DNA of 64,000 nt. Origin: Gonapodya sp. JEL0774. Taxonomy: Eukaryota. The stretch spans positions 124,001-188,000 of the forward strand of contig JADIIX010000012.1 in the NCBI GenBank assembly GCA_027604505.1. The letters are read 5' to 3'. Position numbers and translations under genes: made by a program. Shown one piece after another: positions 1 through 13,600 of this stretch. Numbering within the stretch: position 1 is the first letter of the stretch; every line of letters begins with the position of its first letter. Under the pieces are notes generated by a model. That model did no database searches and was not told the DNA's origin. It saw only the letters and a program-made list of their open reading frames with translations.

Positions 1-2944
1 ATGGGAGTGGCCGCGGAAAAAGGGTTGGTAGGCGCCGGCCTGGAACCAGCGGGTGAAGAGGTCAGGGTCCGGGTTGCCAAAGAAGCCACCGACGTCGGCT
101 GATATCAGCGTCAGCCGTCAAAGAAAAAAAAATCTCGGGTTACTTTTTTGGGGGGGATATTTTTCAACGCGGAACTTACCTCCGGAAAATGTGATGCCGG
201 CAACATTCAACGACAGCATCATGGGTACGGAAGCGGCCAAGTGTTCCCAGTTGGCCTAGAGCAGGTCAACATACCAGGAGGGGTTGCCAAATTGTTTGCC
301 ACGTATTTGCAACGACAGCTGAGCAAGGTTTGTTACCATGTTATCTCCGGTCCAAATCGCTCCGTAACGTTGTGTCCCGACGAAGAAGCTCCGTGACAAA
401 ATGAACGGTCGGCGAGTCCCTTTCTGCCGAGCGAGGAGACCCTCATACGTCGCGATATTCTTTCGCAAAATGACCGGTTAGTGCGAATTTACGTCGGGAT
501 GTGTACAACAGCAACATCAACACATACTTGGAGGAAACCGTAGATATTGTGAACAGCCCTGTGCTCCACGTCATTCTCGTGTAACGCATCTTTTGGAGCT
601 GTAATCTCGGGGCCTGTGAAGACCGATGGCTCGTTCATGTCAATCCACGTCCAGAGTGTCTCGGAAGAACCCTTGAAACAAGGCCCGCCCATGTGCATGT
701 TAAACTCTTTGGTTCTTCACAAAACAAGTGGGTGCACCTGTCACGAAATCACCTCATACTTGTCCAGTGAATACTGACTCGCCCACCATTTACGCGTCAC
801 ATCCTTCAAGAAATCAGGCCATATAGAACTCCCAGGCCAACACCATCCGTCAAACTCGGTCTTGTCCTTTGTTAGCATCTGCAGTCCCTTCTCTTGTGCC
901 TCCTGGTACAAGAAATAGCCGCTGTCTTTTTTCACGTGCGGGTCGGTGATTGTCACCATCTGACGACCCTTCACCGCCAGTTTGGAGAGCATATCTTTGG
1001 GATTTGGAAACTTGACAGAGTCCCACGTGAAATATTTCTTCGAGTCGGTATGCTCGATATCAAGCCATAAGACGTCCATGGGAATATCATGCTTGTCAAA
1101 GTTCTCGTCAACTTCCGAAACGTCCTTTTCGTCAATGTAGTTCCAGCGGCACTGGTGATAAGCGATCGCAAACTGCTGTGGAAGGGCAGCAGTACCAGTG
1201 AGCTGACCGTACTGTCGGAAGAATGATGGCCAAGTTGGGCCAGAGAACAAAATGAGATCCAGTGGACCAGATTCAGTCATGAAATGAACACGGGATGATG
1301 GAACAGAGTCGAAGGGGCTCGGTACACGGTCCGGTTTTGCGTCGTCGGAATGAAGCTCGTCGGGCGGTTTACTTGGAGTCACGACGTCGTCGCCAGAAGA
1401 CAAGCTGGGAACAAACCGAGAGAGCAAATATTTTGAAAAGGGGCTCTGCTTTATAACTTCCGGAATGTAGTCTGAGACAGAGGACATGGCGGTTCTAACG
1501 GTGGTTCGAACATGTGATAACTGGTAACACACGCTTCAGACATGGGGAAGATTCAACAAAGCATGAAAATTCATAAAAACGCACCATTGTTTTTTCATTC
1601 GTTCCTTGCTCGATGTCCACCCATAACTCGGCTGAGCTCAGCAACAGCGCTCCTCCTGTCCAGCCGCTGCGATGTGCGACGACCAACGGAACAATGCCGT
1701 ACAGGGACATGGGATTGTTCAGCTCATACTCAAAGACATCAGCATTATAGCCTCGATATGGTTCATTGTACGGAGCCTCTGCCCCACTGAGAGAATGTCG
1801 AACCACAAAACAGCCTTTGAACATAGCGAGAGTCAAGTTCAAGGCATCGATTTGCCGGGGACTTACCGAGTTGCCTTGAGGGAGAATGATGAGGCGTGCT
1901 CAGGAAGACCGTAAACATTCTTCACGTTGGGGAAGGTAACATCGATTCCAAACGATTCCGGACCTTGGAAACCCCCCAGAATCATATGGCACCCATTATC
2001 TCAGGGTCGTTCACACAACATAGATGCTTGAGCGCGTTTGAAACACACCGTAGGGTTTAGAGTCTGATTTTCCATTGAACGATTCCTCTTTGGGATCCTT
2101 TTCGAGCTTTCCTTTCAACTCGGAGTCCAGATCAAGGTCAGCCCACGGCCAGCGTAGCTTGCTATCGCTCGAGCTCCCAGGTCCCATCTGACGGGCCTCA
2201 AAATTGAAGTAACCCCGCTCGTTGACGGACATTACGGTAGTGTCATCAACAAGGAGATCCACTCGCAGTGGGCCGGCATGGATCACGAGAATCTTGTTCG
2301 AGCCCGGGTTCCCCAGTTCAAATTTAAAGACTTCCGTTTCCGCATCAGAGATTAATCCTGAATACTCCTCGTTCGAGGTTGGCAGTCTCCGAAAGTTCTT
2401 GCTCTTCTTGGGGCCTCCCGGCCCTGCTGCAAGAGCGAAAGTGCCAAGATCATCCCATCTTTTCGGGAATTTGGGCGACTTTTCCTTCATCCTGAGGCGT
2501 ACCACATTGCCATCTTGCAAAATATGTACTTCGAGAGAGAGAACATCCTTGGTCCTGGTGTTCAGCACATCCCCCACCACCATCCCACTGTTCACCTGTA
2601 CATTCAACGAGGACGGCACCAAGCGATAGGGAGATCCGAAATCCGTAGAGGACACAAGGTCTGCATATGCTCTCTGTCGCGTACAGAACGACGATTGATC
2701 ACAACGTTTAAAGTCTTCTCGTTTCACGGCAATGATGTGAGTCGGTAGCAAGAAAAGAGAGGTCGTGATCGTGAGAAAGAGAAATCCGAACGTTTTTTTG
2801 CCGCTGGACTTCCATTCTGGTGGATCCGGTTAAGTCCCATGAGGTTTACGACAATCGTCACCATTCACGGCAGACGTATGTAAGTGAGCACGGGCTATAA
2901 CAGGCAGATGGCGGACTTACTAACTTACTTTCTCGTGCGACCAT
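1..2944 (-). CDS. ROT2: ER glucosidase II alpha subunit (GH31), multi-exon, 3' end runs off the left edge
   Basis: Exons encode [44 protein letters not shown] (nucleophile Asp), GAIWTGDN and [28 protein letters not shown] at the edge. ATG at 2944 (MVARE|GTAAGT) splices in frame to a hydrophobic signal peptide. Confidence 0.95.
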
Positions 2945-3138
2945 CGATGTGTGATCAACCAAAGTCCGTTTATGCGCCCAACGAGAACGTATGCAATTTC
3001 TGTGATGTGTAAAGAGCGAGGGTGTGTTGCACTGTACCAACCAAGAAGGGGAAGGTGCTGATTTCACGGGCGACTGATACATTGGATCAAAAGAGAATCA
3101 AATTCAATGTACAATGTGATCAGAATATTTAGAAATGA

Positions 3139-3371
3139 TGTCCATCCAATTATCGCGAGGGGATCCCCTGGACCATCCCATCGGCATTGGCCATCTGGAG
3201 TGGTGAGGGGGAGACTCAGACTCCTGGACGCAGTCAAACAACACATCAAAAAGTAAATTAAATTGTCCATCCGATCATCGCTGGGGAATCCACCCACGAC
3301 CATCCCATCGCCATCGCCCGTCCGGAGTGGTGAGGGGGAAGCTCGGTTGACCCCTGGATGCGGTCAGGCCA
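3139..3371. repeat. Degenerate direct duplication (~100 bp) of the terminal codons and stop region of the single-TM gene
   Basis: 3139-3240 aligns by eye to 3264-3371. Both share tgtccatcc..atcgc..gaccatcccatcg..ggagtggtgaggggga..cctgga. Confidence 0.85.
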
Positions 3372-4877
3372 TGCATCGAAGAGTACATTGAAGTGTCCTC
3401 GTCGATATTATCAACTATTCGCCGGCGTTCTTCAACAAACATCCGCTCCCTCGGGGAATAATCAACATCGCCGTCCGTACCATCAGAGTTCATCGATCCT
3501 AGTAGTGTTCCAGGAGCCCCATCATTTTGCCTAATGTCCAACACATTGGAAGCAAACCGTCCTGAGTGATTAGGCGCAGAAAATTGAGCGGGCAGCCGCA
3601 TTCGGCGAACCATGTTCGACCCGTCCGGTTCGGGAGTCCCGTACGCTGCTCGTCTCTCACCTCCATTTCGAAAAACGGGCCCTCCATTACCTCTGCTCTC
3701 GTCCCGATATCCGTGTGGTAATGACCACGGACCTGGGTTGAAAATCGACGGACCCGCCTCTGGGTACATGTCATGCCGGCCATCTGTTTGGTAGGATTGC
3801 TCCCTGTATGTTGGGGTGTAAGTGTGATCTCGGCTACCAGGATGTTGCTGAAATAGCATCGTGGCTTTGCGTCCAAGCCCAGCAGGGGCTCCACTGGTCT
3901 CGTAGTCAGGGTATTCATAAAACTCTCTGGCATCCTCGCCAGCCCACGAGTCTGAGTCGTTTGACCGTCGGCCGGATGGCCAAGATGGTGGCATTGGCAT
4001 AGTTGCCACTGGGCGGGGTGGGGATGGTGGCACCTTTCCGTTGCCCGAAAAATCAGGATACGTAAGGTTTCCATTTGCCTTCCGAGATTGTGGCTCCGAG
4101 AGCATTGGGACAGGTTGCGCATCGTCCACAAGCGTAGCTACCTTTACGGAAGGCGTGTCTTCACCAGGGATAGTGTCGGGAAGAAAGGTAACGTCCTGGA
4201 CTGCCTGCTTGCGGAGAGACTCGTTCAGATTTGACGGACGTCGCACCGGGGGCGACGGTTTAATTTCCTGGCTGAACCCTTTTGCGACCTCTGGAATGTC
4301 GTGAGGCCTTGGCAATGTCGACGAAGGCGATTTCGGCCGCCGATCGTCGCTGAAAGGTGAGTGTGCATGCCAGAAATCAACGATGTCTGGGGCAGAAGGC
4401 TTGATCGTGTGAAGGGTGATAGTAGGTAGTTGAGCCGGTCCCACTTTTCGGAAAATGCCGAGTCCGCGTATCCACGTGTAAAAGAGGAAGAGGAAAAGTA
4501 CAAAGAAGACTGCGGCTGGGAGATCGCGGAATACGATGTCATGATACAACCCAAACGAAAACGATCATTCATATCAAAACTGCACACACAAACTCACTGA
4601 GAGCGGGGAAGACAAACACCCAGGCTGGTAAGCCTGGTTTTGGACTCAAGGGTGAGCAAACTCCCCCCGAGCAAAAGGTGTTTGCAACACATTGTGAGTT
4701 GGTGATGCAAGGGGAATCCAGAGTTCCAAGGGCGACACAGGTCGCTGAGGCATCATCGCAATATGACGTGCGGTCGAAGGTGCCGTCCTGTCGTACTCGA
4801 ACACAGTCCTCGTCGATTGTGCATGCCAAACCAATGGCGGAACTGTCCGTATCCGAGATAACACCCGGAACAGCCAT
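3275..4877 (-). CDS. Uncharacterised single-pass membrane protein: Cys-rich N-terminal module, one TM helix, long Pro/Ser-rich tail
   Basis: MAVPG..CTIDEDC..YCDDASATC..PCITNSQCVANTFCSGGVCS, then one GTGAGT..CCCAG intron that joins AWVFVFPALTAVFFVLFLFLFYTWI to a roughly 400-aa low-complexity exon. Confidence 0.7.
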
Positions 4878-5188
4878 CCTATTCACCGTTGTGGAGTTCG
4901 ATTGTCGCACTCGAAGATGCGGGCTTGAAGCAAAGTCGGAACTTTCATGTCCCGAGCTCAAACTTGAGCCTCGAACGGGTCGAACGAGGTCCAAAAGCAA
5001 CGAAGGCACCAGAATGCAGGGAAGAACTCGGTAAACGCTTTCTCTCTTCCTTTTCCCGGATTCTGCTCTCGAAATCCGTGCAAGGAGATTGGATGAGACC
5101 ATTTGATCCGTGGTCCCTTTTTCAGGCAACTGTGAAATATCGATTTCATATGCGCTATGCAAGATTTCATTGAATTTTAAGATTGTGA

Positions 5189-7307
5189 CTAGATCCCCAA
5201 TTTCTCTTTTATTAATGCATCTACTATTTTTGGATTGTATTTTCTATTTGTTGCTTTCTGCAGAGTCCCAACGAAAAAGCCTACTAGAGAATGTCGGCCT
5301 CCCTTCACAATCAATTCCACCTTGTCGGGATTCGCAAGGAACAACTCATCGCAGAGACGGTGGAGTTCTGTGTCGGAAGACTCTTGAATAAAGTTCATCT
5401 CATGTGCCGCTGCCAACACCGAGGACCTTGATCTCGAAGGGTGTTCCAATACATGTCGAAGAAGGTACTTGCCGGATAAATCTCCATGATATTAAAGTAT
5501 TAGTTTGATGAAAGAGGGGGGGTGAGCCGTCAAAACACGGGGAACCCTTGACACTTACTTGAGATTCGCTCCGACTTCACGAGCTTCCCGACCTCGGCAA
5601 TAGTATCTGCATCGATCGGTCGCTGTCTTAGTGTCGATCCATCGATTCGCGCACGTAGGTGCTCAAACACAGGCCCTGTAATCCAGTTCGCCGCGGCCTG
5701 GGCGTCCCCATCCAATAGCGAAGTCAGATGTGTGAAGAGGTCTGAGCAACCTGGCTCATTCACAATCAAAGTGGCAGTGTACGGAGATAGTGAGTACGGT
5801 GGCTGTGTGAAACGACGCCATGTAACATCTGGAAGTTCGGGAAGGGAATTTCGACATGTTGTAAGTAAACCCTACGTTGTCCGACCACGGCAATTGTTTC
5901 AAGTTCTTTCAGAAGGCATTCCTCTAGGACAATTACTTGAATAGGGTGAGAAAGAACTTACGTCGGCAATTATAACAGGAGGCAGGTCCGGGTCCGGCAT
6001 GTAACGGTATTCCACAGCATTCTCCTTCGTGCGAAGAAGAACCGTCCTTTCGCTCTCTGGATCAAATCCACGAGTTTCTTGGGCAATTTCGATCCCACTC
6101 TCGAGAGTCGCGATCTGACGTGCGATTTCGTAGTCTGTCTTATGGCAAGTGAGTGTTTCCAAAACAATCCACCAACAGTTAGGAAGACTGACCTATCGCT
6201 TTCCCAACCGCTCTGACAGAGTTTAGATTTTTGATTTCGCACCGAGTTCCGAAGTCCTGATGCGCTGCATCAGCTCTCGCGACAGACACATTGACGTCAC
6301 AGCGAAGTGAACCCTCTTCTAAACCACCCTCCGCTAAAACACCAACATGATCTAGGAGACGGGCGATTTTACCCAACAGTGCAGTCGCTTCGGTGGAAGA
6401 TCTTTTAAGCAGCATCCGATGAGAATGTTCATCAGAATGCTCAAGCAGAAGTTCGCACCTCATATCAGGCTCGGTAACGATCTCCATTAGTCCTGCACCG
6501 GCTCTGTTCAAATCTACAAGGATCTCTCCTTCCGAATCACCAAGGAGACTCTTCCCAGTGTCTTGCTCAATCTGCAGTTGTCGGATGCCCACAGAAATCT
6601 CAGAGGTCTTGAAACCGTCAGCCTCGGTGAGAGTAAGTCTTCCTTTTGTCGCTAGTGGAGCTTTTTGATTACGAATACGAAAGAATAAATCAATTGGTGA
6701 TCCACCGGCCCTTTTGGCCTGTCACTCACAGTAGTGTTGGGTGATTTGATACCCGAGTGGAATGTCGTTGTAGAAGTAATGTTTTCGATCGAAAGCAGAC
6801 CAGCTATGAATAGTGCACCCCAGAGCGAGTGAAGCTTTGATTGCTTGAGTCAGGCAGTGGTGGTTTAAGCGCTTGGACACAGACGAGGTGAGTGTGAGGC
6901 AGGTGTTCATATGGAGACATTGAATAACGCACTCACTGGAAGCGTTCCAGGAAAAGCAGCATCAATGGGAGAGACATTTACGTTGGCCTCGCCATCCGAA
7001 GAAAATATTGCTCCTGCGCGACACATCGAATGCCATTGGTCTATCTCCGGAGACAATCCTAGACATCATCTCAGTTCTCACTCGAAAATAGTTTATATCG
7101 AGAGCGAATCTGACAATGCAGCTCCAAACCTATCGTCGCCCTCCACATCGAGTCACTTTGGGTGGAACGGAACAACTTCCGCTCCACATCATCATGTGAG
7201 ACGGTACGATCTGATCCAAAACGCCTGCGTAGTCCACCTGCAGCAATAACAATAATCGGAGGAAACACACGACGAAGCTTGGAGTATGCCAAAAGATCGC
7301 TTGTCAT
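5189..7307 (-). CDS. PET112: Mitochondrial glutamyl-tRNA(Gln) amidotransferase subunit B (GatB/PET112)
   Basis: [96 protein letters not shown] and a C-terminal Yqey-like GFFVG. N-terminus is Arg-rich. Confidence 0.95.
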
Positions 7308-7670
7308 TTAATGAAAAGCATGGGGTTGTTGAATTTTACCACACCGTGTTGGCAGTCGGTTCCCTTTGCACCTTTCTCCCTTCTTCGCATCTGCTGATAC
7401 TCGACTCCCATGCCCTTAAGTTATTTTGACACCTGTCCTCGGTTTGTCTGCACCACGTCAACGTCATAGTTTATCATTACATCTCAGATAGTTTTTCGAG
7501 GGTTTCTAGTACGCGTTCATGTGGGAGCCGACTCACACAACACTGGCCGTACTATGTAGTGACTTAGCTCAAATCTGTACACAGGGCAGGCGCGGTCAAT
7601 GTAAATTCTGATGTCAGGCAAACATTTGATGAATTATTTCAATATACAATATGATGCAAACTTTCTACAC

Positions 7671-10600
7671 TTAAAAGAGGGACACTTGTAGCAAACTCTC
7701 CCGCTCTTCCGGAGTGAGATCCTTCAACAAACTCGCAATTCCCTCCAGAACTGAAGATCGGTCCGTCCGGAATAGGTTCTTAATCTCGGTTTTGGACGCT
7801 TCCTTTCGAAGCAATGCCAGCTTCCTCTCGAGCTTGCTGCCCTTAAAACCCTCAATCCACTTCGCAGCATCAATATCCTCGACGCTGTCATACCCTGCTC
7901 CAGACGATGCACTCGTACTTCCTTGGTCCTGCGCGTACCACTTCTTGATATGATCTGCAGCGTCCTGTCGGGATGTATCGCTCTTTATTTTGAGTATTTG
8001 AGTGAGAAGGGATTCTTCCAACATCCGGCGTTTAACACGCCAGAAAAAGTGTCGTCGCGAGTCTTTCCAGTCGACGATACCACGGATGACACCTTTGGCC
8101 CACATTCTCTTCGGTTTGTCGTGGAGGTCAGCGAAATGAAGAGCGATCTGCTGATATGATGGCAGTAACTTCTTCTCACGAGACTGGTACTCATTCAGAA
8201 GCTGCTTGACCTTCAGCTGGTCTGTAGGCAGCGCCTCCTCCCCGTCCTTCACTTTTTTAGTCACCGCAGTCGCTTCTCGTTTCAGTTGTGCGTATTGAGG
8301 GTCCAATCGCTCCATCGTCGCTAGAAGTTGATGTTTCCGATACTTGATTTCGACCGTTCCTTCCGGCTCCAAAACACCACCTCGAGCGTCAGTCTCAGCG
8401 TACATTTCCATATAGTCTGGGTTTATCATTGGATCCAAAACGACCCATGCACCACCTCGAAGTTCTCCCATAACGTAAACGAAGATGGGTTGCTTGTAGT
8501 TTCGGAGGGCATCAACAATGTAGGATCCGTACTTGAGGATGCCCTTCAATAGGTCGTTTTGTCCTCCTGAGAATCCACGCCAATTGGCGAAAATAACGAG
8601 TGGCAACTGCTCTCCGTAATTGAAATCGTTGATGGCTTGTGCGGTTTTGAAAGCAGACTCTGGCAGCCAGACTTGTGGTGCACTTGTCAGAACGGCTTCG
8701 GTGGACTCGGGGTTTCCTGGGTCTGCGGGCCAAGTTTCCTGGACCAACCGCATCTCCACAGCCACGACACCCATGGGGATCCCTGGAGGATAACCAGACC
8801 ACTGTTGTTAACGTCTGACGGCATGCTAGCGGAAAACGATGAATACGCTAAAACGTACCTCCTAATCGCGCACGACCAATGACAACACCTGGAGCCCAGC
8901 CACCGAGTGTCTCCATCCACGAGCCTTTGTCGAATATGCCAGATGTCCACTTGTCACCCTCTTCGACTCCAGCGATGAAGCTGCGGGGGTCGTAGTTCGT
9001 CTGGGGAATCTGGTACTCTACATCTCGGGTAATAGGGTCCGGTTGGACCATGAACTCTGGTAAATCTGCACCGACGTGCTTGGGGACATATGAAAGCCAG
9101 TTGATGAGCTGAGTAACGCCATCCAAATCGTTCTGCGCAGTGAGGTGGGAAATGCCATTCTTGTACATGATCTGTGTCCCTCCAAGCTGCAAGTTGGAAC
9201 TGTACACTTCCCGACCAAGGACTTTGTTCAGTGCAGACGATCCCGTGAGAATGATCGGTTGTCCTTCTACTTGAACAGTGCGCTGTCCCAATCTGACGAG
9301 GTAAGCACCAATACCTGCGAATGACAAGTTATTAGATAAAGTCGAAGTCGACTAAGCACTTGCTTAATCCATACCGACGGAGCGTGCAGTGACGAGAGTG
9401 GCAGTGAAGATTTCTTTGTACGCCTGGGACGTTTCTCCCGCAATCATTCCAGATCCCTGCAAGTTCTCGACTACGAAACCGCGAGGGAAAACAAGAATTT
9501 TACCGTGCAACTACGGTACAGTGACAACAAAAACCAACCTCCAAGTCCGTGCTGCTTTCCCACGATATCCGTGATTTTGAAGCGAGTTTCCCCATCTTCT
9601 TGAACTGTTTCTGTGAAGACCGGAAGGGAGCCACTTGGGTCACGAAGATTCGTGAGATCCTGTTGTGTGAGATAGAGGTATTTGAAGCCTTTCGATGGGT
9701 CATTTTTGTCGTTCCATGCAATTTTGAAGCGCGATTGTATCTCATCCGCCAGCCTGAAGAATTTATGTTGGAAGTATTTATCAACAGCAAACTGGTTAAC
9801 GTGCCAGTGTTAACAACTTACCCGATACGGGCGCCAGAATTCGCAGACAAGTAAAGACGAGGCAGCCCCTTTGAACGAGCCAGCTGAGACGCTTTATAGA
9901 AAAGCAGATCTTCGTCTGGACCGAAGGACCCAGTTTGGAACGTGATATCGTTCGCGATGACAACGATCTTGCGACCCTCAGGATTCTCAGGAGTGAACAT
10001 TTCCAATATCCAGGCGACCATGCCGACGGTGTTAGAGCCTTGAAGGTGGTCACATGTTCATTTTCCCTCTCCCTTGAACCCAAGCAACCATCGTTTGACT
10101 CACCAGGCTCCCGGAAAACCTCGACCATATTGTTCTTTGCGTCAAGCGCAAGTTCCGTTGAGGTAAGTAGAGTTCCCGGAACCGCGATACCTGGATTCCG
10201 CTTTGCGTACTTGTTCCAAATGCTTTGTATGGCTTGTCGGAATATACCAGGAAAATCATAAACAAAAGTCGTTCCAAGTAAATGAGCCTGTGTGTTTCAA
10301 AGAGCCGATCAGCCGAAGATTCGAGTATAAAGGGAAGTTGGCTATACCTTGTGTCTCCGATTGGCCAGCGGTTCCTTGGTTTGGTGTAGCGAGTACACTG
10401 GTTGTTTGTGGCGAGATTCTGGAGGAGATGTAAGAGATTCAAGGTACCAAAGACCATCAGAACTTAGAACCTCCTTGTACTTCTCAATCTTGATAGTGTA
10501 GCCCGTGACGTTGTGAATAAAAAATCGAACTGGATATGGTGCTTGGGAGGAGTCTGCCGGTTGCAACACAAACCGCAATTCTGCGTCCGTAAAACGAGAC

Positions 10601-13600
10601 CGGAATAGACGAGTACCGTTCCGAATGGTTAAGCTCTTCAGCGCTTTCTCAATATCCGACAACTCCAGTACAAAGGTTGGAATGAAATTAATGTAGATGT
10701 GGTTACAATCTGTATTTGATTGCAGATCCGCTGAGAGAACGTCCAATGTGTCGAGGGAATCAGTGATGACACGATCGCCTTCCGACGCCAAAAAGTCGGC
10801 AGTCCTGACATCTGATCCAAGCTCTCCTGGTTGGACAAGCGCACGCACAAAGAACCGGGTATCAGAAGGGTTCTCCCGGCCCGTGCCGAGATACAGGTGC
10901 ATTCTCCTGTTGTCACTGTACGCAGGCTTGAGGGAGAAGTTGGCCATGCGTCGCAGTTCCAGCTGGTATGCCAACGCAGGTTCTATGTGTCGAATAATTT
11001 GGTCTTCACGGAAATCGAAAAGTTGCTTGAATGTGAAGTACCTTGAGTGTGCGAGAATACAGAAACGACACAAGTGACAGACAAGCGTTACAACGCGCCA
11101 CAGATTACAAACAACGAAGAGAGACTACTCACTTTGGTGCGCGCGACTCTTCCGCAACTAAGAAAGTTACCCGGCGAACGTCTCGCTCGTTCAACAGCGT
11201 CCGATTCTTAGTGATTATGGCTCCAAGATCCTTGACGATTTGGTCATCCTCCAAATTCTTCCAGACAGTGCCATCGAGTGCAATGTTGGCGACATTTACA
11301 CTTGTCATCGAAGTCGACGGCATTGGCTTGGCAGCGGTCATAGGGCTCACACTTGCAAGATCGGATTCTGAAGAAATGCGTGTCACGCGGCGGCCCAGAT
11401 CCGACTTCAACACCTCCAATACTCCGTGCACGTTCCTCTCCAATTCTTCCAGCGTTGAAAATGCAGCAAAGACACCCTGACGATTGACTTCGCCCGCGAG
11501 ATTGTCCTTGTCAAAATACCTGTCATCTGTATCCCTCATTTGATCTCGGAGCTTGAAGTTCCAGGTGAACGCGGGAGTACCATTCACATCCACATTGGCC
11601 GACTCTTTCACGTCATATGCGTTGACGTAGGTGTGCAGCACGTAGGTGTAATACGCGGCGTGACGCATGTTGACGTCTGGGTGGTAAAAGAACGATGTAA
11701 GTACATCCAAGATTGAGTAGTTGGCGCTGATAAGATCTGCCAAATCTGAGCTGCGAATTTCGACACTGGTTTGATGGCCCGACAAGTCTCCATGTAGTGA
11801 GCCATTACCATTGACAATAGGTACGATCGCTTTCTGGAGCTTCGCCTCGATTGCAGAGTATCGTGCCCGGTAAGTGGGCAGATTTGTGTAGATCAGGAGT
11901 TCGCGAGCCCTCAGAGCTACTTTAGCTGCAGTGGGGGACGCCAATGCAGCTAAGTTCTTCAGAATGTTTCCATATGACGTCCTCCAAGCCTCCCCGTCAT
12001 AATCAGACCGGACATGATCCAAGATCGTAATGGCAATATCATTCCGTGAAGATACCTTCGAATGCGCGAGGGCCACTGAAACGACCTTGTCCAAGTCATT
12101 CTTGTGCTCTAAACGATAGCGGTCCAGAGTGTCGTTCTCGCCTTTCTCACGGTCGAAAAGCTTTTCCACTTGATAGAATCTGTCCAGAAGATCTGAAAGG
12201 ACATCCCGCTCGTGACCCTTAAGTCCCGATCTGTAACGGCCGAGAATAGCAATAAGGGGTGCCAGCTGGGTGTTGTACGCGTCCGCCTCAGGTCCGGGGG
12301 ATGGCCTTGCTTTGTTCACCTCCGACTCCATCCTGGAAATTTTTTCCGCGACTGGTCCACCTTCCCACTTCAACCCCACAATTTGCGAGAGGCTTGACTC
12401 CAAAGATGCTGGAATGCGACCGACCATTGTGGAGAGTATCTCCATCAGCTCCAACTGCGGAAGGGCCGGTTCTCGACATACTTCCGTGAGTGCGCGGAAG
12501 TCCTGGATCTTCCCCTCGTAGTTTTCGTATCCATCCAATACATTCTCAACATTCTTCTTGTACCGGCGGAATCTTTGTTGTGGCTTGTCACCGAATGTTT
12601 GCGGGGGACTAACCATTGAAACGTGCAGCGAAAATCATCAGGTGTCTGTAGGAGAGCCAGAGAGAAACAGAAAAGATGGGGTCATATGCTCACCCGAACG
12701 AAAGGACGCCCTCAAACTGTTTGGCAGACTGTACAGCGCTCGGATCGTCCAGTTGCAAGTTTGCAAGAACATCGCCTGCTGCAATGGCCTGTCCGGGCTG
12801 CTTTGTAAGCGTAACTATCCCCGATGATGTGGCGGGAAGTGACATAATCATCTTCATGACTTCAATCTCGGCAAAGTTGTCACCCTTGTTGAGATGAGCA
12901 CCGTCCTATTACAAAGTACAAGCTGTCACACGTGGAATAAAGGAAACTGACCACTCCAAGAACTTACATCAACCAAATAACGGACCAATTTCCCGGGTGA
13001 CACAGTTCGAAGTTTAGTCGGGTCATTCTCCTTCTCGAGCACCGCAACTCGACCATCGAGAGTCAAACTGGTTTGATGAGACTCCTCGTTAAGATAGGCG
13101 ATGTGGGTTTTCATGTCGAGAAGGATGAGGCAACCACCGTCCGCGATTCGACGGGCGACAATTTCAGCGCTTGAGACACCACTTTGGACGAGGTAATTCT
13201 CCGAGCCCACTTTCGAGACGTTGAATTTGTAGCGGACACCACCGTAGATGAAATCAACATTAACCGCAGTTTGAAGGAGAGTTTTCGGTGGCATCTGTCC
13301 CTTCGCCAACACCTTCAAGTACTCCGAGGACTTGGACTCGAAGATCGACACGCCTTTGCTGACAGCTCCACATATGGCAACCACGAGAGCGTCCGGTCGC
13401 TCAACCTCCATGCGATTTGCGATGAGGCCATCTAACCAGCCCGTGTTGACTCGGTTTTCGGCAAAATCTTCGTTTTCCAGAAGTGTAATGAGGTAGTCGA
13501 TGGTGGTCCGGAAGTCACCTCGGATTGACAGTTCCTTGAGAGCTATGATCATGTTCTTGCGGGACTGCAGTCTCGTCTCGCCATATGAGAAGATGTGGCC

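Noticed and set aside
2790..2816. Apparent frameshift at a T7 run separating an ATG from the glucosidase II signal peptide
   Set aside because: An upstream exon (ATG 2944, GTAAGT donor, CTTAAC..CCAG acceptor) restores the frame with no error needed.
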